IMG/VR virus record: IMGVR_UViG_3300048598_000532
Span: 1-38,915 of that record
Length of the DNA stretch: 38,915 bases
Source: a virus
Lineage: Duplodnaviria > Caudoviricetes
Direction: 5' to 3' (one strand)
Under the pieces are notes generated by a model that worked only from the letters and a program-made list of their open reading frames with translations, had not been told where the DNA came from and searched no databases. Numbering within the stretch: position 1 is the stretch's first letter; each line of letters starts with the position of its first letter. This document shows, in pieces, positions 18,268 to 26,615 of this stretch. A program made the translations under genes and the position numbers.

Positions 18268-18485
18268 CGGCGCGCCTCCGTCACGGGGCAGGCGCCGCCG
18301 GCCAGGGCGACCTCGATGCGATCCAGCCGCCCGGCCAAGCCCTCCAGGTCGGCAAGGTGCTCAATGAGCTGGTCCCGCTGGGCCGTGACCCGGTCCACCT
18401 TCATGGCCTGGACCATCAGACCAAAGCCGATGCCCACGACCAAAACAAAGGCAAGGCCAACGGCTTTCGTCAGATATTTAGCCAT
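18264..18485 (-). CDS. Small membrane-anchored coiled-coil protein (spanin-like?)
   Basis: MAKYLTKAVGLAFVLVVGIGFGL TM segment, then a heptad-like helix; in the lysis cluster. Confidence 0.6.
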   Translation of the reverse strand: MAKYLTKAVGLAFVLVVGIGFGLMVQAMKVDRVTAQRDQLIEHLADLEGLAGRLDRIEVALAGGACPVTEARR

Positions 18486-18909
18486 TGCCGCCTCCCTTGC
18501 GCGCACCGTCCACGAGGGCCTGGGCGGCCACATACACGGCGGCCAGGGCCGCGATGGCGACCTGGGCCGCCTGGGGCAGTGCGAGTCCCAGCGGGTTCTG
18601 GGCCGCCAAGGCCAGGATGGTCCCGGCGGCAACCCAGAGCTTGCGGCTGGCGAGGCGGGACTCGGCCCTGGCCAGGAGCGGCGCGGCCATGGGGGCCACG
18701 ATATTGCCCAGCTCGGCCGCCACCTGGGCAGCGACCGGCTGGGCCGACATAATGGGGTTATCGGGTTTGGTCGCGGGCGCTTCGCCGGCAACGGGCTGCT
18801 GGGCGGACTGCGGGTTGGCCATGCCTCTGGCGATGGCCTCGGCCACGGTCCGGAGCAGTTCCGGGGTCAACAGGCTGGCCGCCACCGAGGACGTGGGCTG
18901 CTCAGGCAT
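18478..18909 (-). CDS. Holin-like membrane protein
   Basis: LASRKLWVA plus two hydrophobic helices ending YVAAQALVD; next to the endolysin. Confidence 0.65.
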   Translation of the reverse strand: MPEQPTSSVAASLLTPELLRTVAEAIARGMANPQSAQQPVAGEAPATKPDNPIMSAQPVAAQVAAELGNIVAPMAAPLLARAESRLASRKLWVAAGTILALAAQNPLGLALPQAAQVAIAALAAVYVAAQALVDGARKGGGNG

Positions 18910-19411
18910 GACGCGCCTCCGTGGGCCAGGCGCCGCCGGGAATATGGGACCGGACCGCGTCCGGGTAATGATTGGCCGGATTGTCCCAGTTGCCCGGGCC
19001 GCCGTTGTAGGCCCGCAGCACGCCGTCCCAACCGCCCCGCGCGAAGTAGCGGTCCCGCAGCCGGGACAAATACAGGGCGCCCCAATACAGGCCCTTGTCC
19101 GGGTCGCACAGCTCCGGGAACCAGCCCCGGAACCCCTGGCACCGGGCAGTCTCGCCCATGACCTGGAGTGGTCCCCAGGAAATGGCGCGGCCGACGCGCT
19201 CGGTATCGGCCGAGCAGCCGCGCGGCACGAAATTCATGGGCTTGCCGTCGAGATAGCGGCGGAAAAAGCCGGGCTCGTACCGGATGGCGCAGGGATTGCC
19301 GCCGCTTTCCTGGAGCACCTGCGCCCGCAGGATCTCCGGCGGCAGACCGAATTGGTCCGCCGTCATCACGATCAGTTTGTCCAGATCGGGACTGATGCCG
19401 CTCTCGGCCAT
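18902..19411 (-). CDS. Endolysin, SLT lytic transglycosylase
   Basis: QESGGNP.AIRYEP, SWGPLQVMGETAR and AYNGGPG motifs; GGAGG RBS before MAESG. Confidence 0.92.
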   Translation of the reverse strand: MAESGISPDLDKLIVMTADQFGLPPEILRAQVLQESGGNPCAIRYEPGFFRRYLDGKPMNFVPRGCSADTERVGRAISWGPLQVMGETARCQGFRGWFPELCDPDKGLYWGALYLSRLRDRYFARGGWDGVLRAYNGGPGNWDNPANHYPDAVRSHIPGGAWPTEARHA

Positions 19412-19465
19412 GTCCGCACCTCCATGCACAATGATGGGCGGACCATAGCGCGCGGCCAAAATATG

Positions 19466-19488
19466 TTCGCCCGCATGGTGCGGGCGAA
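19466..19488. promoter_or_regulatory. 10-bp inverted repeat in the divergent late-operon intergenic region
   Basis: TTCGCCCGCA-TGG-TGCGGGCGAA between the leftward lysis/head/tail operon and the rightward packaging operon. Confidence 0.55.
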
Positions 19489-19545
19489 AAAGATACGGGC
19501 CGTCGATACAGGGGTGGGGTGGTTCGCTAAACCAAGAGGAGCGTT

Positions 19546-19821
19546 ATGACGGAAACCGCTGTGCTGCTGAAACTCGTCGAGAGCATCGGGTTTCCGGCGC
19601 TCATTTTTGCAGTTTGGTACCTGTATCATCGCTCCCAGGTCAAGGCCTGGGAAGCGCAGATGACCAACATGAAAGAACGCGAGGAGCGCATGTTCGGCCT
19701 CCTCACCGGCCAGCTCGAAGCGTTGCAGTGCATCGTGGCCCAAAACGCCCGAATCGAATCCAAAATCGACATGAACCAGTGGTGCCCGCTGGTCAGGGAG
19801 AAGTCACATCATGCGGGATGA
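19546..19821 (+). CDS. Small membrane protein (one TM plus coiled coil; BhlA/holin-like)
   Basis: SIGFPALIFAVWYLYH TM segment; GAGGAG RBS. Confidence 0.7.
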   Translation: MTETAVLLKLVESIGFPALIFAVWYLYHRSQVKAWEAQMTNMKEREERMFGLLTGQLEALQCIVAQNARIESKIDMNQWCPLVREKSHHAG

Positions 19822-20068
19822 ATTGCTCAAGGCGCGCGGCCGACTGGCCGAAGACCGCCGCAGACGCGGCGAATTGTCCCTGGAGGGCAAGGGGCTCGTT
19901 ATTCTCCTGCGCGAAGCCCTGGACCCTTTCGAGCCTGACCTGGCCCGACTGCGCACCCCCGAAGCCGGCGCCAACATGAAACGCCTCGTGGCCATCCACG
20001 CCGAACTGCGCGAGCTGGACACCCGGATCGATGAGCTGGCCGACGCCCTGGGACACGCCGATGGCTAA
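19811..20068 (+). CDS. Hypothetical coiled-coil protein
   Basis: Overlaps both neighbours; amphipathic helices. Confidence 0.7.
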   Translation: MRDELLKARGRLAEDRRRRGELSLEGKGLVILLREALDPFEPDLARLRTPEAGANMKRLVAIHAELRELDTRIDELADALGHADG

Positions 20069-20504
20069 AGAAGCCCTCCACGGCCTGGAAGCCGAGCGCC
20101 TCTACGTCATCGAGCAATGCACGCTGGCCGAGATCGCCGGTCGGCTGGATGTCAGTGCCCGCACCCTCCAGACCTGGAAGACCAAGGGCGACTGGGACAC
20201 CAAGCGCCGGGCCTACCTGGCCAGCCGCAGGTCCTTTCATGAGGAGCTGTACGAGTTCGGCAAGGACCTGCTGGCAAAGATCCGCCAGGACATGGCCAAC
20301 GACAAAGACGTCCCGACCGGCCAGCTTTATGCACTGCTGCGACTTTTGCCGAACCTCATCAAGGTCAAGGATTACGAGGCAGTGGCTGGTCCGATCACCG
20401 AGGAAAAGCAGGACTCCCCCGAGGAAACGACCAAGAACATCAAGGACATTCTGTCCACGGTCTATGGGATTGATTTCGATGGCAACACGCGGCCCAAAGT
20501 TTGA
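20061..20504 (+). CDS. Terminase small subunit (DUF1804-like HTH)
   Basis: AERLYV..TLAEIAGRLDVSARTLQTWK..GDWD..R; precedes the large subunit. Confidence 0.82.
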   Translation: MAKEALHGLEAERLYVIEQCTLAEIAGRLDVSARTLQTWKTKGDWDTKRRAYLASRRSFHEELYEFGKDLLAKIRQDMANDKDVPTGQLYALLRLLPNLIKVKDYEAVAGPITEEKQDSPEETTKNIKDILSTVYGIDFDGNTRPKV

Positions 20505-21969
20505 AAAAACCTTCGGCCAGGATCGCGACACCCAGGAACGTCTCAAGGCGGCCCTGGGCATCATGCTGCCGTTTCAACGCCGTTTCATTGATGACCGGTC
20601 GCCTGGCAGCGTTTGGGAGGCCTCCCGGCAAATCGGCAAATCCTTCGCTCTGACGTTCAAGTCTATTCTGGAGACAGCACTTTCTCCGCGCCCCATCGAA
20701 TCCGTCTACGGCTCGGCCTCGGCCCGGCAGGTCTTCCGGTCCGGCCGGGAGATGCGCCGGCATATCAAGGCCCTGTCCTTGCTCACCGAGGGCAAGCTGG
20801 CCCCAGACAAAAACAATGCATGGCTCATCGCCTTCCCGGGTGACCGTTTTCTCAACCTGGTCCCCTCCAATCCGGACACAATCCCCGGGTTTTCCGGCAA
20901 CGTGTACCTGGATGAGTTCGCCCTTCACAAGGACGATTGGGGCATCTGGCGGGCGGCCGTGCCGGCCATCACGCGCGGTTACGGCGTTCGAGTGGCTTCC
21001 ACTCATCGGGGAACGAAGTCCAAGTTTTACGGCCTGGTCAAAAACAAGAACTACTCACACCACCGGACCAGCATTCACGATGCCATCAAGGATGGGCTCG
21101 TCATCAGGGATGAAGAGGGCAAGATCCGCACGATAGAGAACCTGCGTGATCTGGTGGCCGATCCCATGGTCTGGTTGGAAGAGTACGAATTGGAGCCACA
21201 GGACGATGCCACGGCATGGCTGACCTGGGAACTCCTTCGCGCGGCCGAAGACGAATATATCGACGCGACACCGAAATGGGCCTCTCGGCTCGTGAAACTG
21301 GCTACCCTGGCCCACAAGCATTTCAAACTCACGAAAAGTGACCCTGCCTGGTGGCAAACCAAATCCAAGGAGTTGACGGCACAGCTCGCGGACAAAGGCG
21401 ATCCTCTCGATCTTGGATTCGACATCGGCCGCACCAGGGACTTGTCCGTGCTCTGGCTCGCACGTCGGACCGAGGTGGCCAGGATCACCGAGGTCGTCAT
21501 CCCTCTCGCCCGCATGCCGTTTCGGGTGCAGCGCTATGTGCTGTATGCCGTCCTGCCCCATGTCATGCGTTCCGGCGGTCGGGCCTGCATTGATCAGAGC
21601 GGCATCGGCCGCCAGCTCGCCGAGGAGGCCCGCGACCTCTTTGGCTCGCGCGTCGAGGGCATCGACTTCGGCAACGCCAACAAAGAAGCCCTGGCCGTGG
21701 GACTCAAGGACATCCTGGAGGACTACGGGTTCCTGATCCCCATCGACACCAATATTTCCACCTCCCTGCACAGCGTCCAGAAATTCAGGACCAGCACGGG
21801 GCTTTCCCGTTTCGACGCCGAGCGGAGCGACGCCACCGGCCATGCCGACTATTTCTGGGCTGCTGCCCTGGCGGTGCATGCCGGGGAAAAACCTTCCGGC
21901 GGCCTGACGGCCGAGGCGGTGGTCTCGCGGGGCCGGCGAGAGTCCGCCGAACTGCTCGATCGCTATTAG
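20479..21969 (+). CDS. Terminase large subunit (Mu gp28-like)
   Basis: LPFQ Q-motif, Walker A SRQIGKS, Walker B VYLDEFA, nuclease GFDIGRTRD, IDQSGIG and GHADYFWA. Confidence 0.94.
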   Translation: MATRGPKFEKTFGQDRDTQERLKAALGIMLPFQRRFIDDRSPGSVWEASRQIGKSFALTFKSILETALSPRPIESVYGSASARQVFRSGREMRRHIKALSLLTEGKLAPDKNNAWLIAFPGDRFLNLVPSNPDTIPGFSGNVYLDEFALHKDDWGIWRAAVPAITRGYGVRVASTHRGTKSKFYGLVKNKNYSHHRTSIHDAIKDGLVIRDEEGKIRTIENLRDLVADPMVWLEEYELEPQDDATAWLTWELLRAAEDEYIDATPKWASRLVKLATLAHKHFKLTKSDPAWWQTKSKELTAQLADKGDPLDLGFDIGRTRDLSVLWLARRTEVARITEVVIPLARMPFRVQRYVLYAVLPHVMRSGGRACIDQSGIGRQLAEEARDLFGSRVEGIDFGNANKEALAVGLKDILEDYGFLIPIDTNISTSLHSVQKFRTSTGLSRFDAERSDATGHADYFWAAALAVHAGEKPSGGLTAEAVVSRGRRESAELLDRY

Positions 21970-22082
21970 CGCCCATCTGCGGCGCGCAAGGTTTCCGGAC
22001 GGACGAATGGGCGCCGGCCGGGCCAGGACGAAAATTGAACGGCGATTGAACGCAAATCGCCCGGCATCACGAGGTCACCACC

Positions 22083-23603
22083 ATGCGCCAAGCCGGTATC
22101 TGGACCAGCCCCTTCGACTTTCGCCCCATCGACCGGGGGCCGGGCACCCTGTTCGAGGAGATCGCCACCCGCGATCGCAGCCCCGATTTTTTCAGCCTGG
22201 CCATGTCCCTACCCGACCCCGATCCGGTCCTGCGCAAGCTGGGCAAGGACATCAAGGTTTACAAGGAGCTGCTATCGGATTCTCGGGTCGGGCCGTGCGT
22301 CGAGTCGCGCAAGGCGGCCGTGATCGCCCTGGAATGGGATGTGGCCCGGGGCAACGCCCCGGCCGCCGTGGCCAAGTTCGTGCGCCAATGCCTGGCTAGG
22401 CTCAAGGTGGATGAGATCATCCGTGAGATCCTCAACGCGCCGCTGTACGGCATGCAACCCCTCGAAGTCATCTGGCGCCGGGACGGCAAAAACACCGTTC
22501 CCGACCGGGTTGTCGGCAAGCCGGTCGACTGGTTCGTCTTCGCCCCCGAGGACAACAGCCTGCGCCTGCGCACCAAGAACAACCTGATCCAAGGTGAGCC
22601 GCTGCCCGAAAAAAAGTTCCTGCTTCCCCGGTACAATGCCACCTACGAAAACCCTTATGGCGAGCGGGTGCTTTCGCGTTGCTTCTGGCCGGTCACGTTC
22701 AAAAAAGGTGGCCTGAAGTTTTGGCTGCGCATGGCGGAAAAGTTTGGCTCCCCTTACCTCTGGGGCAAATACCCGCGCGGCGCCGAGGACTCGGCCATCA
22801 ACGACCTCTCGCGGAGGCTGGAAGACGCCATCCAGGACGCCATCATTGTGACGCCCGATGACGACTCGGTGCAGATTCTGGAAGCGGCGGGCAAGGCGGG
22901 CAGCTCGGCCCTATATCACGACCTCAAGGAATCCTGCGATACGGATATTGCCATCTGCATCCTGGGGCAAAACCTTTCCACCAACGTCAAAAGCGGCTCC
23001 CTGGCCGCCGCCGAAGTCCAGGAACGGGTACGCGGCGAGATCAAGGACGGCGACAAGAAGATCGTTGTCCAGACAATGGGCTCGCTCATCGACTGGATCT
23101 GCGAGCTGAACTTCGGCCCCGGCGAACGGCCGGTCTTTGAACTCTTCGAGGAAGAGGAGGTCGACCAGAAGCTGGCCACCCGGGACAAGACGCTTTCCGA
23201 CACCGGCCAGGTGAAGTTCACCAAGCGGTATTTCATGAAGGCCTATAGCCTGGAAGACGAGGACTTCGACGTCGTGGCCGGCTCGCCGGTCCCAGGTGGC
23301 GATGCCACTCCCACCGAATTCGCCCAGGCCCCTGGCGCGACCACCTCTCCGGCAGGTGACCCCGTCGACGCCTTGGCCGCCGCCCTCACGCCCGAGCAGC
23401 TCCAGGGCCTGGCCGGCCAATTGCTCGCCCCGGTGCTCGACCTGGTCGAGTCGGCCGCCGCGGTCGAGGACATCGCCGAGCGGCTCCATGGCGTCTATCC
23501 GGACATGGACGACAGCACTTTCGAGGATCTGCTCATGCGTGCCATCTTCGTGGCGAGCGTCTGGGGGCGGCTGTCGGCACAAACCGAGGTCAAAAATGGA
23601 TGA
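22083..23603 (+). CDS. Portal protein (DUF935, Mu gp29)
   Basis: NPYGERVLSRCFWP..FKKGGLKFW..AEKFGSP..GKYP, ILGQNLST and GSLAAAEV motifs. Confidence 0.93.
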   Translation: MRQAGIWTSPFDFRPIDRGPGTLFEEIATRDRSPDFFSLAMSLPDPDPVLRKLGKDIKVYKELLSDSRVGPCVESRKAAVIALEWDVARGNAPAAVAKFVRQCLARLKVDEIIREILNAPLYGMQPLEVIWRRDGKNTVPDRVVGKPVDWFVFAPEDNSLRLRTKNNLIQGEPLPEKKFLLPRYNATYENPYGERVLSRCFWPVTFKKGGLKFWLRMAEKFGSPYLWGKYPRGAEDSAINDLSRRLEDAIQDAIIVTPDDDSVQILEAAGKAGSSALYHDLKESCDTDIAICILGQNLSTNVKSGSLAAAEVQERVRGEIKDGDKKIVVQTMGSLIDWICELNFGPGERPVFELFEEEEVDQKLATRDKTLSDTGQVKFTKRYFMKAYSLEDEDFDVVAGSPVPGGDATPTEFAQAPGATTSPAGDPVDALAAALTPEQLQGLAGQLLAPVLDLVESAAAVEDIAERLHGVYPDMDDSTFEDLLMRAIFVASVWGRLSAQTEVKNG

Positions 23604-23679
23604 AATAGATATCTTTTTTTCTGTCTGGGGGTTGATCGAGGCCATTCTTCTTTTGTACTTGGCACTCTTGGACATCTAG
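23596..23679 (+). CDS. Putative 27-aa hydrophobic peptide
   Basis: MDEIDIFFSVWGLIEAILLLYLALLDI*; GAGG RBS; overlaps the portal stop and ends 1 nt before MuF. Confidence 0.45.
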   Translation: MDEIDIFFSVWGLIEAILLLYLALLDI

Positions 23680-23680
23680 C

Positions 23681-24949
23681 ATGCTCGACACTCCCGACCT
23701 TGCCTTCGCCATCGGCCTGCCGCCCGAACGGGCCATCGCCTATTTCAAGGCCAAGGGCTACGCCATCACCTTCGACTGGCACGAGTTGCAGGCCGAGGCG
23801 GCGGCCAAGGCCTTCACCGTGGCCAAATGCACCAAGCTCGACGTCCTGGCCGATATCCGCGACGCCCTGCAAAAGACCCTCGACCAGGGGATGACCCTGC
23901 GCCAGTTTCGGCAGGAGCTGACCCCCAAGCTCCAGGCCAAGGGCTGGTGGGGCAAGCAAGAGGTGGTTGACCCACGCACGGGCGAGGTGCGCCGGGCCCA
24001 GCTCGGCAGCCCCAGGCGGTTGCGCACCATCTACGAGACCAACATGGCCACGGCCTACGCCGCCGGCCGTTACCAGGAGCAGCTCGAAAACGCCGAGGCT
24101 CAGCCGTACTGGATGTACGTGGCCGTCATGGACAGCCGCACCAGGCCGTCCCACGCCGCGCTGAACGGCAAAACCTTGCGGTACGACGATCCGTTCTGGA
24201 ATAGCTTCTATCCGCCCAACGGCTGGAACTGCCGCTGCCGGGTGCGGGCCCTGTCCGAGTCGCGCCTGACCCGCAAGGGCATCACGCCCGAGTCCTCGGC
24301 CGGCCATATCACCCATGAGGACGTCCAGGTTGCCCGCGATGGGAGCACGGCCCGCATGGCCGTGTGGACCGACCCCAAAGCCAACATCCGCGTCCAGACC
24401 GATCCGGGCTGGGCCCACAATCCTGGCAAGGTGACCTTCCCGCTCACCGACCGCAAGTGCGTCAAGATGGTGATGGGGCAAAAGGACTGGCAGGCCCATG
24501 GCCGTCCGGATCTGCGCGCGGTGCCCCAGGACCAACGGTTGCCGGCGCCGGCCATGCTCCCCGGCGGCAAAACCCGCGAGGAAGCTGAGACGATCCTGGC
24601 CAAGGCCCTGGGGTTGGACAAAAAGCCGCTGATCGAGGTGCATACGCCAATCGATCGGGTCTACCTCAAGCGCGAATTACTGGCCCATTTGGTGGAAAAG
24701 CCGGAGAACGCCCGCGAGCGCTACGCCAACTTCATCCTGCCCACGCTGGAACATCCGTTTGAAATCTACAGGACCGAATACGAGGATGGCTTCCGAGACC
24801 GCTACATCGGTCTGTTTACTGGGAAGTACAACCTATTAACCGTGGTCCGGATCAATAAGGACGGCAGCGTACTTTGGAACGTCATGAACGTCGAGGACAA
24901 GCGGATGAACAAGCAGCGGGTGGGGGATTTGCTGTACCCGAAGAAATGA
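23681..24949 (+). CDS. MuF (gp30) head morphogenesis protein fused to a C-terminal PBECR2-like ribonuclease domain
   Basis: AFTVAK, RLRTIYETN, DSRTRPSH, PPNGWNCRCRV; C-terminal HLVEK..RERYANFILPTLEHPFEIY..RYIGLF. Confidence 0.85.
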   Translation: MLDTPDLAFAIGLPPERAIAYFKAKGYAITFDWHELQAEAAAKAFTVAKCTKLDVLADIRDALQKTLDQGMTLRQFRQELTPKLQAKGWWGKQEVVDPRTGEVRRAQLGSPRRLRTIYETNMATAYAAGRYQEQLENAEAQPYWMYVAVMDSRTRPSHAALNGKTLRYDDPFWNSFYPPNGWNCRCRVRALSESRLTRKGITPESSAGHITHEDVQVARDGSTARMAVWTDPKANIRVQTDPGWAHNPGKVTFPLTDRKCVKMVMGQKDWQAHGRPDLRAVPQDQRLPAPAMLPGGKTREEAETILAKALGLDKKPLIEVHTPIDRVYLKRELLAHLVEKPENARERYANFILPTLEHPFEIYRTEYEDGFRDRYIGLFTGKYNLLTVVRINKDGSVLWNVMNVEDKRMNKQRVGDLLYPKK

Positions 24950-25060
24950 AAAAGCCGGCGGAGCGTCCCACCCCCGTGGAGTCGCGGGCTCCACGACGGT
25001 CCTTCATCCCTTCACAGCGCCCGAACGCTCCGGGAATCTCGACCCCGCCGGTCTTTGTCC
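24950..25060 (-). ncRNA. Candidate structured RNA convergent on the MuF-nuclease 3' end
   Basis: Nested stems CCGGC/GCCGG, GGAGCGT/ACGCTCC and CGTGGAG/CTCCACG; U-tract after the closing stem on the - strand; TATTAT at 25073-25068. Confidence 0.5.
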
Positions 25061-25095
25061 AAATTCTATAATACCCGCCGTTCCTGGAGGCAAGC

Positions 25096-25560
25096 ATGGC
25101 CGACATGATCGAGATCAGGATTGAAAATGCCAATCTTACGTCGAAACTCAAACGGTTAGCAGCGGCCGGGCGTGATCAGACCCCAGCCATGCGCGAAGCG
25201 TCCGGTATCCTGGCCGACGCGGTCGAAGAAAATTTCGAGCAGGAGGGCCGGCCGAAGTGGAAGAGTCTGGCCAAGTCCACCATCAAACAACGGGAGAAAG
25301 AGGGGAAATGGCCGGGCAAGATACTGCAACGTTCGGGTAGCCATGGCTTGGCTGGTTCCATCACCCGGCACCATGACGCCAACAGCGCGGTCGTTGGTAC
25401 CAACAAAAAATATGCCGCCATCCAGAACTTCGGCGGTAAGGCCGGCCGGGGGCACAAGGTGGAGATCCCGGCCCGCGAATATTTGCACCTGGAGCCGGAG
25501 GACGAGGAGGACTTGGAGACCTGCTTCGCCAAGTTCCTGGCGCGGACGATTGGGTCATAA
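25096..25560 (+). CDS. Virion morphogenesis protein (Mu gpG/gp31)
   Basis: NFEQEGRPKWKSL, ILQRSG, VGTNKKYAAIQNFGG and IPAREYL motifs. Confidence 0.92.
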   Translation: MADMIEIRIENANLTSKLKRLAAAGRDQTPAMREASGILADAVEENFEQEGRPKWKSLAKSTIKQREKEGKWPGKILQRSGSHGLAGSITRHHDANSAVVGTNKKYAAIQNFGGKAGRGHKVEIPAREYLHLEPEDEEDLETCFAKFLARTIGS

Positions 25561-25576
25561 TGTCCCACTCAAGTTG

Positions 25577-25605
25577 TTGACGGTCACATTATTGACCGTT
25601 ATACT
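25577..25605 (+). promoter_or_regulatory. Near-consensus sigma70 promoter with a palindrome in its spacer
   Basis: TTGACG(25577-82)-17 bp-TATACT(25600-05); ACGGTCA-6 nt-TGACCGT inverted repeat at 25580-25599. Confidence 0.8.
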
Positions 25606-25626
25606 TAGGGATTGGGGAGGAGCGCT

Positions 25627-26532
25627 ATGAGTACCGGACGTTTCCATATCATTTTCGACGGTCCGGCGCTCGAAACGCACGAGATGAACGTGCGCGACCT
25701 CGCCCCTGCCCTCCTTGCCGTTTCCGACATCTACGACGAGATCAACCGAGTCGCTTTCGGTAGCCGGTACAGGGTTGGCGTTAATGTTCGGGCTTCGTTC
25801 AAAACGGGCTCCTTCCTGACAGAGCTTGCTGTTCATGCCGCGAACATTTTGGAATTGTTCAAGGATGACACGGTCCAAGCTGCGTGTCTTATGATGCAAA
25901 TGTTCGGAGTCCCGAGCCTAGCTTCACTTATCAAAGGAATTTTACCATTCATACGCTGGGTACGACGCCGAAAAATAACTGCAGTGATTGAGCTTGGAAA
26001 TGGCAATGTGCGGGTGGAAGTCGCAGGTGACTCCATTGAGGTCGAGAAGGCTGTCATTGCTTTGTATCAAAGCTCAAAATTACGAAAAGGATTTGAAGAT
26101 TTAGTTGCTCGTCCTCTTGAAAAAGATGGCATTGAAACAATCGGCTTTGGTGACGCAGAAGCAAAAACGTTTGTCTCCATTCCCCGCGAAGAAGCTCCCT
26201 GGTTTATCGCCGATGAACCTGAAGATGAACCTATGGGGGTCTCTACCAGGCGAGCACATTTACAGATCATCAGCCCTTGTTTTCAGGAAGGCAACAAATG
26301 GCGTTTTAGCGACGGATCGGTCTCTTTCCATGCAGAGATCCGTGACCAGATGTTCCTCACTAAGGTCATGCGTGGGGAAACTGCTTTCGCCAAAGGCGAT
26401 ATCTTGGACGTAGAAATGACCGAAGCCCAGACTTTAACCGCCAAGGGTCTTTCCACGGAAAGGTTCATTGAAAAAGTTTACGGACACCGAAACCCCACCC
26501 GCCAATACCTACTTCCCTCTCTGGGAGACTAA
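25627..26532 (+). CDS. Moron: 301-aa hypothetical protein
   Basis: Own promoter, GGAGG RBS, lower GC, downstream hairpin; FDGPALETHEMNVRDLAPALL...FKTGSF N-terminus. Confidence 0.85.
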   Translation: MSTGRFHIIFDGPALETHEMNVRDLAPALLAVSDIYDEINRVAFGSRYRVGVNVRASFKTGSFLTELAVHAANILELFKDDTVQAACLMMQMFGVPSLASLIKGILPFIRWVRRRKITAVIELGNGNVRVEVAGDSIEVEKAVIALYQSSKLRKGFEDLVARPLEKDGIETIGFGDAEAKTFVSIPREEAPWFIADEPEDEPMGVSTRRAHLQIISPCFQEGNKWRFSDGSVSFHAEIRDQMFLTKVMRGETAFAKGDILDVEMTEAQTLTAKGLSTERFIEKVYGHRNPTRQYLLPSLGD

Positions 26533-26567
26533 AAAGACCCGCCGGTTTCCCGATGGGCCTTTCGTTT
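26533..26567 (+). terminator. Putative intrinsic terminator, possibly bidirectional
   Basis: Imperfect hairpin AAAGACCCGCCGG-TTTC-CCGATGGGCCTTT, with an A-run before and T-rich sequence after, between convergent genes. Confidence 0.45.
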
Positions 26568-26615
26568 AACGCGTCATCGCGTTTATGGTTCGGATTTTCG
26601 GAGAGTGAAGTTAAC

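Noticed and set aside
20149-20478. N-terminal extension of the large terminase in the ORF track
   Set aside because: Overlaps the small terminase in another frame; ATG 20479 (or a slightly later start) fits better. Similar over-extensions were trimmed for J, sheath, protease, endolysin, Mor and others.
24874-25151. Short ORFs after MuF as an immunity protein
   Set aside because: They overlap MuF or gpG, lack an RBS and have unstructured composition; the RNA-structure reading fits better, though a protein cannot be fully excluded.
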